The notes under the pieces were generated by a model. It was not told the DNA's origin. It saw nothing but the letters and a program-made list of their open reading frames with translations, and searched no databases. DNA of 64,000 nucleotides, taken from NCBI GenBank assembly GCA_028534125.1, contig CM052817.1, positions 50,098,001 through 50,162,000 of the forward strand, read 5' to 3'. This DNA comes from Lama glama. Its lineage: Eukaryota. Below, one piece after another: positions 1 through 12,109 of this stretch (position 1 is its first letter; each line of letters opens with the position of its first letter). The translations under genes were made by a program, and so were the position numbers.

Positions 1-339
1 ATAAACTTCCATCTTAGCACAGGGTAGGTCTTCAAAGCAATGTTTCACATGATTCAAATGTGGGTAAAATAAAGAACTAATTTTTAGTAAAACCAACTTT
101 CATAAGTGTCAGAAGTTTACTACAATTAGTGGGGTTTGTAAAAACAATACTTCGATAAATATAATTTTAGGTGTTTGTTCTATTATAATTATTTGCATAG
201 TTTGGGTATTGTACCCTGAGAAAGAAGTAAAACAGAGCTCAGGTCCTCAAAAATAGATGCAGAGGAAAGTTAAAAGGATAGGCATGGTTATAAAATACTT
301 TATGTCCTTATTTTGTCAAATGGCAGCCCTGTCTGGCTG

Positions 340-1520
340 TTGGCTGGTTCCCAGGATATAAACCCTACAGAGAAGCCTGCCTATTGACAAGTGCCATGCC
401 CTTCCGTGAAGCCCATCGTCCTCTTCAAATGAAAGGATTTTTAGGAAAACAGTACAACCAAACTGCAAACCCATACAAGTAGGAAAAAAATACAGCCTGA
501 AAAAAGACAGATGAAAATAAACTGACACAACCACCCTGGAAGAGACAGAAGCAATTCAGATAAGAAAAGAAAATGTAAAAAAAAGTAAAAAACAAAAAAA
601 GAAAGAAAAATTCTAGTTAATGTCTAAAGAAATATGGAAGAAGAAATTAGATCCATAAAACAAGCATGGCTATTGGTGGAAAAAAAAAAGAAGCAATGAG
701 GGGATTAGACAGTTCATAGAAATTTAAACATGCAGTAGATGTGATAAATACTAGAAAGGACATGTTGGAAAGAAGTTGGCAATCTGAAAGAGAGAAATAA
801 TAAAAAGAAAGAGAACGATGATAGATAAGAGATACAGTAGCTTGATCTAGTAGGTACAGCATTAATAGAAATTTCATAAGAAAGGAACAGAGTGGAAAGG
901 AGAGAAGAAACAATAAAAGACAATTTTCTTGAGCTGAAGAGTCTTCAGAAGAAAAAATTTTTAAAGATATATCTAGAAATATTTTGATAGCACATTCTGA
1001 ACTCTTCAGGATAAAAAGGAAATCCTAAAAGGCTTCAGAGAGAAATAGAAAAAGATCCTTACAAAGGAACAAGAGTCAGCTTCAGGCAGCTCAGCAGCAA
1101 TACTAGGCAGAGTAAGACAAAGGAAATTCTTTCCAAGTCTGAAATAAAAGGAATTTTGAACTTCGATTCTATACCCAGCCACACAATCAAGTGAAGGTAA
1201 GACAGATTGTCAAAATGAAAACGTTCAAAAAGTTTATGACCAGTGGACATCTTGTGAAGAAGACTGAGAATGTACTCCAGAGAAATAATTTGCAAAGATG
1301 AACTGAGGAAATACTGGAAATAGTAAGGATCAGTATGTCTCAAGTCACACATTTCTTTGCCTGTTACTCTACTTGATTCTATGCTGAAAATTATGATATT
1401 CACTACAATTACATTGTAAGGGATGTTTGTTTTTAGTTTTAAAATAAATCCGTGTAAAGGGCCCAGAGATGTAATTTTAGTTACAGATCATAATGTAAAC
1501 TATCATAAACTTAACAATAC
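340..1520 (+). mobile_element. Ancient L1ME/HAL1-type ORF1 fragment
   Basis: A-rich purine-biased strand with degraded L1 ORF1-like motifs (…aaggaaatcctaaaaggcttcagagagaaa…acaaaggaacaagagtcag…attctatacccagcca…); many stops and frameshifts. Confidence 0.7.
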
Positions 1521-1733
1521 AGGAAATTATATCATTAGTAATACTATTTCAATTTCTGACTTTTAAATTCTCATTAAAATCATAGGTTCTGTGTGACTTA
1601 GAGCCTCTGGGGCCTGTGTTGGCTAGACTATAGCCAAGAGGTATCCACCTACAGGCTTCAACCATCATGTCTGTCTAGAAAAATACTGAATCTATGTTTT
1701 GAGCTCTTCACTCTTGGACTCCAGTGTGTATTT

Positions 1734-1864
1734 TGGTTTTGTTGTTGTTGTTGTTGTTGTTGTTGTTTTTAATGGAGTTATTGAGGATTGAACCCAAGAC
1801 TTCGAGTATGCTAAGCTTGTTCTATGTTGAGCATGCACTCTACCACAGAGCTATATCCACCGCC
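1734..1864 (-). mobile_element. tRNA-Ala-derived SINE (camelid Vic-1 type) with (CAA)n tail
   Basis: Reverse complement gives TATAGCTCTGTGGTAGAG (A box) and GGTTCAATCC (B box); 15-bp target-site duplication ctccagtgtGtattt (1719-1733) / ctccagtgtAtattt (1865-1879); (GTT)9 tail at 1741-1767. Confidence 0.88.
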
Positions 1865-2350
1865 CTCCAGTGTATATTTCAAGCTGCCAGTTGAATGTCT
1901 TGCTTGGGGTGTCCGACCAGAATCTCAAACTCAACATGTCTCAGTCTGAATCCATCGTGTATTCTGGTTAGATGCCCAGAAATCTTTCCCTTATGACTAC
2001 CCTACTTCTAATTAACACTACCTAACCTACTTAGGCTTGCAACCTTAGTCTTCCTAGATGCTTTCTTCCTTTCATCCTCTTATATAGTATAGTTATAAAA
2101 TCCTAGATTCCTACTTTTGGCATGTGTTTTACATGACGAAGTAGAGCCCTTTATATCCACCCTTATTCCAGCCATCATTGTTTCTTGACTTGATTGTTGC
2201 ATTAGCCTCCCAGACCTATCTGCTGCTTTGTCTGTAATGTTTCCTTTATTATATGCTTGCCACCTTTTGTTATTAGCCATCGTCCTAAAGGATGGACTAA
2301 TTTGGTCATTCCCTTGCTCAGAAATTTTCAGGACCATTTAATAGTTTCCA
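1865..2350 (+). mobile_element. L2 LINE fragment (SINE target)
   Basis: L2-like motifs ctcaaactcaacatgtc and cttgattgttgcattagcctcc…cccttgctcagaaat. Confidence 0.65.
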
Positions 2351-2360
2351 ACCACCTCCT

Positions 2361-2515
2361 GCAGTGGTTCTCAGATTTTAGTATGATAAACAATACATGG
2401 GGAGCTAGCTACAAGTGTGCACTCTGGAGCCTCAGTTGGCAGATTCTGATTTATTAATTTGTGAATAGGGCTCAGGAAACTTTATTTTTAACAAATGACC
2501 TAAGTGAATTGTTGA
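2361..2515. mobile_element. MER5A-like hAT-Charlie MITE
   Basis: cagtggttctca terminus, then …cagattctgatt…gggctcagga…atttttaacaa typical of MER5A. Confidence 0.7.
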
Positions 2516-3179
2516 GTGTACTTGTTCTTTGGGCTAATATCCGAATTCTTTAGCTCTATAATAATCTTCAATAATTGGTTTCTATAGTACTTTAAAAAAG
2601 TCTTTACTCACCACCTCCCTACACATATACATGCTTTAATAAATGAGCGCATCCCATGTTCTCTAAACACCAAAGTTTCCAGACTCATTGATTTTCTGAA
2701 TCTTTTATTTCCAACTAGACTACAATGCTTGTTAATTCCTGCCCACCCTTCTCACCTTTAAGGGGCTGGTTTGAACGCCACCCCCTTAATGTAACATTCT
2801 CCATTCCCTGGCCAGATGTGAACTCTCTTTTTTCTGAACCCACATAGTAACAATAGGGTGACCCTGAATGAGATTAGACCTAGGGATTCTTTTAATCTTA
2901 GTGAACAAAGACTGAGGAAAAAAGGTAAAGGCTAATGTCTTACACCCTGAAAGGCAGAGGCTTAGATTTATTTAAGGTAAAATTCCCTTTGTTCTAGAAA
3001 GGAAATTGGGCTCATTGAAGTACCAGCTGTGTGGGTAGACTGTGTTTACATTATAATCCACACAATGTTTATTCACAGAGAGTAGTTTGTGGACAATGAT
3101 ATGCTTCTTGATCTTAAGGAAAGAGAAAATTCTGAATATGATCAGATTTCAGTGTGATATACAAGAAGTGAATGGTGAA

Positions 3180-3562
3180 TGTGTTAATTTGCTAGGGCTG
3201 CCATAACAAAGAACCAAGACTGGGTAGCTTGAATAAGAGGAACTTATTTTCTCATGGTTCTGGAGGCTAAAAGTCCAAGATCAAGGTGGTGGCAGGTTGA
3301 TTTCTCCTGAGTCCTTTCTTAACTTGTAGATGGCCGTGTTCTCCCCGCGTTTTCACGTGGTCTTTGCTCTGTGTGAGTCTGTGTCTAGATTTCTCCTGTT
3401 TATGAGGATACCAGTTGTAATGAATTAGCGCCTACCCTAGTGACCTCATTTTAACTTAATTACCACTTAAAAGGCTCTATCTACAAACGCAGTCACATTG
3501 AAGTACTGGGGGTCAGAGCTTCAACACATGAATTTTGTGGGGACAGTTTTCAGCTCACAAAA
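3180..3562 (-). mobile_element. MLT1B/C-type MaLR solo LTR
   Basis: tgtgttaatttgctagggctgccataacaaa…ttctggaggctaaaagtccaagatcaagg…ttcaacacatgaattt; 5-bp TSD gtgaa/gtgat. Confidence 0.88.
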
Positions 3563-3959
3563 GTGATTATAAGACACTACCATTCCACAATGGTTATTAT
3601 TTAGGGGAAATATATTCACAACAGGATTTGAAATGAGAGATGAGCTGAAAACAATTTTGATGACCCTGATAATGCCATTAATTCTTTTCTTATTACATTT
3701 ATTATTTCAGTTGACTCCTTCAAGGGGTGTATTTCAGCAATATGTTTACTATCTGTATTACCTTAGGGCCAAAATGTCATAATTAATAACATTAAACTAC
3801 TCAAAATAGCTAAGAATCAACCATGAAAAGTTATTCCTGTCCCACATGACTTTCCTCATTTTTTAGTATGTTAATTAGACCTATTTAAAGCCATATTCAA
3901 ATACTTCAACAGAATATAATTAATATTTATAGGGTTGAATGCAACTTAATTGTGCTTTA

Positions 3960-4075
3960 TCTATGAGGACACACATTGAGACTCAGAGATGCATGACTTG
4001 CTGAGGTCACAGAGGTAGAAAGGGGCAGACTTGGGACTAGAAATTGAGATCTCACTCTGATGGCCAGCGCCCTGG
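3960..4075 (-). mobile_element. MIR SINE fragment
   Basis: tgagactcagag…tgacttgctgaggtcacag…ggcagacttgggactagaa core. Confidence 0.65.
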
Positions 4076-4285
4076 GGCTTTGCTTCATCTCCCTTCAAGT
4101 GTGGCTTTCATTCTCTCCTACTGTAACTGAGGTCTGTGGCTGCAAACAGTTGTAATTTTACATTCTTTACATGCTGCAAAGCAAAAAACTATTTTCCTTA
4201 GCATGTCTTTCAGAAAAGTCCTGGGTATTATTCTGACCCCTATGACCCCTCAGTGCTGTGGTGGAGGATGGCTTTAGGTGACAAG

Positions 4286-4835
4286 TGGGATGGTTAGTTT
4301 TACATGTCAACTTGACTAGGCTAAAGCATGCCTAGATAGCTGGTAAAGCATTATTTCTGGTGTGTCTGTGCGGGTGTTTCTGGAAGAGATTAGCATTTAA
4401 ATTGGTGCACTGAATAAAACAGACGGCCCTCGCCAGTGTGGGTGAGCACCATCTAATCTGCTGAGGGTCTGAACTGACCAAAAAAAGCTAAGGAAGGATG
4501 AATTCACTCTTTCTGCTTGAGCTGAGACATCCATTTTCTCCTGCCCTTGGACTTTGGCACTTCTGGTTCTGAGGCTTTGGACTCAGATCGTGATTTATAA
4601 GACCAGTCCCCAGATTCTCAGGCCCTTGGACTTGGGCTGATATACCATTAGCTTTCCTGGTTCTCCTGCTTGCAGACAGCAGAAGCTTGCAGACAGCAGA
4701 CTGTGGCACTTCTCAGCCTCCATAACTGCTAGAGCCAATTACTATAATAAATCTCCTCTTATATATATCTATACCTATATCTATATCTATAATCTTTTAT
4801 TTGTTTTCTTTCTCTGGTGAACCTTGACTAATACA
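4286..4835 (+). mobile_element. MLT2-family (ERVL) solo LTR
   Basis: Starts tgggatggttagttttacatgtcaacttgactaggct, ends gaaccttgactaataca; internal AATAAA followed by a TA-rich tract. Confidence 0.88.
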
Positions 4836-4892
4836 AATATTGTGCAAGAAATAGTACATGGGAAGAAAGCAACACTTGGATTAAAGTTATTT

Positions 4893-5135
4893 TATTCTGT
4901 TCAGGCTGCTGTAATAAAATAACCGTTGTCTGGGTGACCTAAGCAATAGAGATGTATTCCTCACAGTTTTGAAGGCAGGGAAGTCCAGGATCAATGCACC
5001 AGTAGATTGTGTCTGGTGAGGTCCCACTTCCTGAATTGCAGGTAGATGTCTGCTTACCATGCCCTCACTTTGGAAGAGGAGTGAGGGAAAAGAAGCAAGC
5101 TCTCTCCTGTCTCTTATAAGGGCACTAATTCCATC
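4893..5135 (-). mobile_element. MLT1A-type MaLR LTR fragment
   Basis: tctgttcaggctgctgtaataaaa…cacagttttgaaggcagggaagtccaggatcaa…cttataagggcactaattccat. Confidence 0.75.
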
Positions 5136-5539
5136 GCCTTCATTTCCTTCATGTCACTGTCATTCTTCACCCCTACCCCCATCGCACTGTTACTGTTGGC
5201 AGCTTGTCCTGTCTTGTCTGCCACATAATCTGACTGTCAAACAAGTTACACTCACTACCGACGTGAGCACACTGAATCCTCCCATTTATAGTCCAGCTGC
5301 TCTTAGCCCAACTGGATTGAGGCCATTCTCATACATACATATTTTTGGAAATTTTTTCCCAGGATGGGTGGGAAGTGGAGGGAGAGGAAGGGTGGGGCAA
5401 AGATGGGAATTAAGCATAGTTATGATATGATGAACTCAGGACCCTCCCCAGTCAGTACACTTTTTTTTTTTTTTCTAAAGAGCTGGCAGGGAGTTTTGAA
5501 ATCCATTGACTTAATTTCTGGAAATGAGCAAACATACCC

Positions 5540-5685
5540 TATACTTAATACACAGTACTTAATACACTTAATATACACAGATATTAAGTTCTTCCCCAAG
5601 GTCACCAACAAATAAGTGGTAGAGCTGAGAATAGAGCCCAGCTTCTATTTCTCAAGCCAGTGCTCCTTCCGTTCAATCAGGCTAC
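5540..5685 (-). mobile_element. MIR fragment
   Basis: ccccaaggtcaccaacaaataagtggtagagctgagaatagagccca. Confidence 0.65.
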
Positions 5686-6209
5686 CTTCCAATAAGAATA
5701 TTACAGGAGAAGCGTTTGCCTTCTTTCTCTCCAGCACCACCTCTCTCTCTCCTCTCTTCACTAGGTTCTTTTATTTTGATTTAGTAGAATTCATGAATTC
5801 AGTTAATTACATGGTCCTTACATTTTTTTCATGAAGACACAATCTTAGGGAGTCATAAGTGGGACCAAAATGCAACTATTTTATTTGATTCCTAGTTCAC
5901 TACTTTTCCCACTGGAACACATTAGTATTTTCTCTGTGGCACTGAAGTTAATTATCAATTCCCAGTGATAACCTATGGAGTTAATGTACAATATGGTCAA
6001 GTTAAAATAGGTATTGTGCAGAAAATTTTTAAAAATGCTTGAATAAGTTTCCATGGAAATATTATTAGTTTCTTGGTAACACTGAGAGTCTGCTGTATTA
6101 CATCACTGTCTAAACTGAATGGGAATAAATATGAAAATATTCAAATAAGGATGATGTAGTTACATATGCTGGGTATAAAATCGTCAGATTGGAAAAAAAA
6201 AGATCACAA

Positions 6210-6648
6210 TCCTTTGCCTCCCTGTTTATATGTCCTTTGCAATGTGGCTCTGCTGGCTTTGTGACTCCCTTTGGCCATCAGAATGCAGCAGAAGTGAAAT
6301 TGCACCAAATCTGAGCCTAGGTCTCAAGAGTCCTTAAATACTTCTCAGATGAGTCCCAAGTTTCAGCCTTAACAGGCCTTGGAAACCTACCCAGACGCAT
6401 AAAAATAAGCCTGGGCTAGCCTGCTGGAGGGTGAGAAATCATGGATAAGAGATAAGTTGTCCCAGCTGAGGTCATCCTGGATCAGCCACCGTCTAGCCAA
6501 CCCAGTAAATGACCACAGACACATAGGTGAACACTGTGAAGACTGGAAGAATCACCTGGCTGAGCCGGGCCCAGATTATTAACCTGCAGAATTCTTATTT
6601 TGAGTCACTAAGTTTTGGTGTGGTTTATTACTCAGCTAACTTACACAG
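6210..6648 (+). mobile_element. Old MLT1 (F/G/H-like) MaLR LTR
   Basis: gtgactccctttggccatcagaatgcagcagaagtga…gagcctaggtctcaagag…gagtcactaagttttggtgtggttt. Confidence 0.7.
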
Positions 6649-7564
6649 ATTACTTGACTAACCTTTTGCTTTAATAGTTAACTAATCCAGATTAAGAAGT
6701 CTTTTCTAGTGAAATTTATTTATAATGTTATCTCTGAGATAATGCAGGGCAGTATTTAAGGATGGATGTGCATGTAGTCCAGTGTTCATTGAGTCTTACT
6801 TGGAAATTATAGACTTGCTTATTTTAGCTGTGGGTTCTATTTTAGCGTCAAAGCTTGTCTCTAGTACTCCTTTATGGAGTCATGGAAACAGGAGAGTTTT
6901 TGTTTTACACGTACTATGTAAATAAGATCATGTTTTCAGCCTGTGGTGGAAATAAAAGTGAACCAGGAGTTAGAGAACTTTTTCTTGACCGGCTACTGAT
7001 ACCCTGAGGCTGTGTCTTCCTAGTTAATGCAGAGGTCTCTGTGGAGGAGGTTAACTTCCAGACTCCTTGTCAGCAGTCATTCTAATGAAGTAAGAGAAGT
7101 GAGGGGATGTGCATCCTGACAGGAGAATGGAAAGTTAACAAAAGCAACAACAGCAATAACACAACAATACTTTGTCTGCAAGATAAGTAGTCTAAATTGT
7201 TGATTGCATCTTCCAAAGTTATCCTTAGTTGTGCTGATAAAAACTAGGATACGGAGAATGTAGCTTCTCAGTAAGACACCCACAGAACTGTGCAGGTTTT
7301 GGCCTTCCTTTGAGAACAACTGTGTCTCACAGCCTCTTGTCTCATTTCTTGCCCACAGTATATGAGAACATTCTCCCCTTTAGAAGGATGTCAAGGCTGA
7401 TTTGAGTATCTGGCATTTGAGAAAAAGGACCAAATGCAATCATCTAGTAGTTTTAAATGGCAGCTTTAAATACTATGAGGAGATACAATAATGATATCGA
7501 TGAACAATGTATCTATCTAGCTTTTATAGAGATCAGTTTAACACATTGCAGTGTGAGAATAAAA

Positions 7565-7578
7565 CCACAAGGTGGCAA
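7565..7578 (+). promoter_or_regulatory. CTCF-like motif
   Basis: CCACAAGGTGGCAA vs core CCASYAGRKGGCRS (2 mismatches). Confidence 0.4.
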
Positions 7579-8199
7579 GAGAATGATTCAAATCTCCAAT
7601 GCATTTTTCTTTCTCCAAACTAAGTGATGTATCCATATGCGCTAATTAACGCTGCCATTAATTCAGTGGAAGGGTTAATTAATTAAAGCTAGGCATAATA
7701 GTTATGGTTTCCAGAAATATTTTAACCTTTAGAAAATCTCCATTTCATCTGTGTCAAGGAACACCAAGGAATGAGGATTTGGCTCGCCAAAAATAAGTCC
7801 ACATTTCTTTTTGGTTTGAAAAGAATCTGATGTTCATATATTAGAATCTAGCATTTAAAGTTGATTGCAGTGAGTAGACACAGAGCTCAAGTATGCTAAG
7901 ATCTCCCGGAAATTCAAATGAAGCTAATTGTCTTACATTTTGGCCCCAAATTCTTATATAGAGAGAGGAGATCATGGGAAAAAGAAACATATTTTTCTGG
8001 AGTGAATTTGGAAAAAGAAGATTCAGGGGCAAGTTAGGTTTAACTTCCTGCTTCAAATTATTGCTGAGGGAAGTCAGATTATTAGGCTTAATGGAGAAGG
8101 AGGATGGAAGTGGGGAGGTGATGGAAAGACTGAGCCAACTGCACAATAAAAGACAACCTTCTGGTGTATCTGTATGGCTTTCTGTATGTTATCTCTTTA

Positions 8200-8380
8200 A
8201 ATCCTCCCCATGAACCTATGAGAGGAGGAGTATTATTACCATCCCCATTTTATATAGAAGAAACTGAGGCTCAAAGTGGTTAACTAGCCAACAATTACTT
8301 CACTAATAATAAGCGGAAGAATCACATTTTGAATGCAGGTCATCTGAGTGCAGAGTCCTTGCTTTTAGTGTTCTACTCTC
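8200..8380 (-). mobile_element. MIR
   Basis: aaatcctcc…attattaccatccccattttatatagaagaaactgaggctcaaagtggttaa. Confidence 0.8.
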
Positions 8381-10528
8381 CCACCCCTGGACACATGCTG
8401 GAAATAGCATAGCCTCAGTTTTTTTTACTTATAAGAAAATACATTTCATACATAGTATTATATATAATAGACAATATACTGACACAATCTAGTATATACC
8501 ATATATATGTAGTAAAATTGACTTCAGTTTTATTAAAATACATTTTTAATGTAGTTGACTTCTTTTTACAAGGGATAAAGGACAAATTAAAAGCCAGGGA
8601 ATCTAAGGTATTACCTGAGACATTTAGCAAAATTTTCCCAGGAGTAGAACTTTACTTTTTGAAATTGAAATAGTGCTGCATCTTAATAGTTGACCAGCTG
8701 TTTTGTGCACCTCCAGGAACAAACTTGGAAACTTTCTCATGTTCAAGGCTTTTGAATTGGTCTCTGTATAATCTTGTGTATGTGTGAATGTGAGAATATG
8801 TGTGTCTGAATGAAGTGGGTCATACTGAGGAGAGAAGACAATCTTCCCGTATCAAATAGTTATTTCAATGAACTAGGAATCAAAGTCCCCCCATCTCCTG
8901 CTGGGGGCACTTGTGAATCTTAGTAGGCTGGATGGTCTTAATCAATCTTGGCTGAATAAATATATTCAGTCCCTCTGACTGAAGATGTCAAATGTTGACT
9001 GAAACTGCAAATTAAAATGAAAAATTTATACTTAAAAACCTACAAAGCTTAATAAGAGTGAATAAAATTTAAATAGTTAAACCCTCAATGATGTGTTTTG
9101 GAATTTTGGAGCATTTATAATTTTGGAGTTATTAAAACTTAAAACTACAGTAAGACTTTTGGACACTCTAATTATGGAGAATGAGAGAGAGATTGAGAGG
9201 GAGGAAGGGAGATATGGAGTGAGAGATTGATGATGGAAACTCCCATCCTCAAGCTAAAATTCCACCTGCTTTGGTACTGATGCCATCCGCCTGTGCCATC
9301 CTCTGTCCCTCCTTGTATTGGTCTCTCCCTTGTATTTTGTAAGGACCTTGACTCCTGCTGATGGTCTTCTCTTTCTGCTGCCATCAGCCATTCAACATCC
9401 ATTGGGTAATTTAGCCAACACCCAGCCTGTGGTACCTCTACCCCCTGACATAGACCTTTATTCACAGTTGTGACACTGTCATCTTCTGGAATGCTTTGGG
9501 ATTTACTTTCTGAGCCCCTCACTTCCCTATTTACAGTTTACCCTTTCATCTCATTATGATCTCTAGCCTCTTGGCTTTTCACTTTATTCCCCCAAGTCTA
9601 GATTTCAGTCCCCCCCACCTCCAGGTTATATCCCTTGTATGATGTCTTTTAATCAGTGACCAGTATCTTCTCTTATTTTTCCCAAACTGCAAATCTCATC
9701 TGGCAGGACTTGGGATCAATGGAAGCAAATTCCTCATTCTGCATTCACTCTCCAACCTTCAGCACATTTTCATCCTTCCTCAGTGTGCTATGGTATCTTA
9801 TTCCATTCAGAACAGTTTTTGTAATCCAAATTTTATGGATTACAAACCTGAGGCTCAGTGATGTTAAAAACTCGTTCATGGTCCCCTGTCTAGAAAATGG
9901 TAGAGCCAAGTCAGGTTTTCTAACTCTTGAGTTCTCTGTTTTTTTTTTTTTCCTCAGAAGGTTTTGAATAATCTTAGGAAAAGGATGCACACATTTTGAT
10001 ATACGTTAATTACTTTGGTTCTGAGATAAATTTTCATTGTTTTGATTTTTGGTAATGGAAATCTGACCAGAGGACAAGTGTCCCTGCTATTGGAAAGGGT
10101 TCCTGGGAAACCCTTCTAAGCCGAAATGGCAAGGAAGTGAAGCAGCAGTTACCTTAGGACACATCTTGCTAAGGTTGCACAAAGTAAATCCAGATAAAGC
10201 ACAGATGTTCACAGACACAGTTCAAATCTATGGCGGCTGGATGCTGAGATGCTGGGGGTGGTTCCCAGGGAAGGAGCTTGGTGGTGCCACTCTCCCTGTG
10301 AGGGGCGCGAGCTGCCTCTGTAACTGCTGCTGCAAAACAAACAGTGAATGCTACTTTTGCTTTTCACTCTCTTTGTGAAAGTGAAAATCCTCTTCTTATT
10401 TCTTTCCGTCAGCAACAGGTACTAATGTAGGTCTTTCATAAAAGCGGAGTGGTATAAAGCGAACTCTCAAAAAACGGGGGACACCTGTATTAACTATCAA
10501 GGAAAGGTGCATGAGTTTACATATTTTA

Positions 10529-10543
10529 CCAGCAGGTGGCGCT
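10529..10543 (+). promoter_or_regulatory. Strong CTCF motif
   Basis: CCAGCAGGTGGCGCT is a perfect match to CCASYAGRKGGCRS, in unique DNA that retains CpGs. Confidence 0.7.
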
Positions 10544-11022
10544 CTGAACCTGTAATCTAAACAACTCAATTCCTGACTAACGGTCAGACTTCATCGAAGA
10601 GAAAGACGTAACGCATCATCCAAAATACAGTACCTCTAGCAGTTATACTCAGTTGTCACATGTAGCTCCTGTGAAGGCGGATCAGAATAATTTAAGGTTT
10701 AGAACCAAGGTTCTGGAGGGAGAATTTGGGTATTTGGTCTCATTTTGGAGGTAACTTAATGCATAAGCTTTCCACAAACTAGCAGTATCATTTACTGCAG
10801 GGAATTTCAATCCCTGATTTTATGGCACATTAGGAGGTCTCCAATTATCTCAAAATGTGTCACAAAAATCTTATAAAATTATGATAATTCTCCTTAACTT
10901 TGCAAATATAGATTGCAATGCTTTTAGGAAGGAAAGGAGGCAGCAGCTTAGATAAATGATAGATTTAAGAGCTGAAAGAATTCCTCTCTCATCTAAATAT
11001 CTCCCTCATTGATTTGCAGTAG

Positions 11023-11063
11023 TGCTCGAAATGATCATTTTCCTCTTTTCCTTACAGGTAAGG
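11023..11063 (+). other. Juxtaposed 3'/5' splice site (recursive-splicing-type AG|GT)
   Basis: 33-nt AG-free zone, tract ttttcctcttttcctta, CAG (11055-11057) directly followed by GTAAGG. Confidence 0.4.
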
Positions 11064-11383
11064 TTTTGAAGAATCCAGTAACTGCAAATGTGTTGCTGGG
11101 TTCTTCAAAGGCTAAACCATCACAGCATTCATACTTATCAATACCGCCGTCACCGAAAGAATTAGATGAGCTTTAGGCATCTAATCACCTGGTAGTGATT
11201 TGAAAGCAAAGGACAAAGGCCAGAAAATCAGATGGAGACGAAGATTAGGAACAGTCGATAGCTGGAGTGAGGATGCCTATTGCCCCATAATGGTTGTTTT
11301 TGATAGTTTTATCCTGTTTTAGACATTCTCTTCTCCACTTCGCCTTGCCTCACCTCTCCTGTTCTTCAGCATTTGGGCAGCTG

Positions 11384-11397
11384 CCACCAGAGGGCGT
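11384..11397 (+). promoter_or_regulatory. Strong CTCF motif
   Basis: CCACCAGAGGGCGT, 13/14 match to the core, CpG retained. Confidence 0.62.
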
Positions 11398-11709
11398 CCA
11401 TGTCTTAGAGAGCCCGCAGCAGCAGCCACAAATAAAAAGACACCGTTTTTCTCAAATTCCTTTCCCGTGTTTAAAAATCCCAAGAGCTAGAAATAGAAGA
11501 TGAGGAGAGGGGGACTTAACATACAAAGAGAAAAAAGCAAGACCATTTGATGTTTATAAGCTATGAAGAGAAGACTACTCAAAAAATACTACAAAGAATA
11601 AAAATGTTTTACAGCTATATAACAGTATCACTAGAGAAGCTAGCCGAGGTGTAGCTGAGTGCCAGCAACTCAGTGACTGAATCTGGGGCACTCATCTCAC
11701 CCAAGCATG

Positions 11710-11900
11710 TGTTCATTCATCCAGGATCTGCTGAGCTCCTACTAAGTGCCAGTGACTGGAGGAATAATGGAAATACACATCAGATGTGATCTTTGTCATC
11801 AAAAACTTACCATTTAGTGGAAGCTGCAGATACTAATTAGATAACGCTAATGTCCATAAACTGGAAAGCATTCTGAGGAGCGAAACATGATTTCTTCAAG
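11710..11900 (-). mobile_element. L2 3' end
   Basis: ttcattcat…ctgagctcctactaagtgccag signature. Confidence 0.6.
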
Positions 11901-12109
11901 ATCATATAAAAAAGCAGTCTCACCTGTAATCTCTAATTAGCATGTTCTAGGGGAAAATTCATGTAATTATTTTACATATTGAGTCTAAAACATAGAAACA
12001 AGAAGGGATGCGATATTGGGACCAAAGATAAATATGGGTCTCAAAGTCTCTCTCCTTCCTTCCTTCCTCCCTGCCCCTCCTTCCCTTCCTTTCCACTTTT
12101 CCTTTAGTT

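Noticed and set aside
10390..10424. 6-nt micro-exon ccgtcag|CAACAG|gtacta
   Set aside because: Donor is weak; no adjacent UGC microexon enhancer motif
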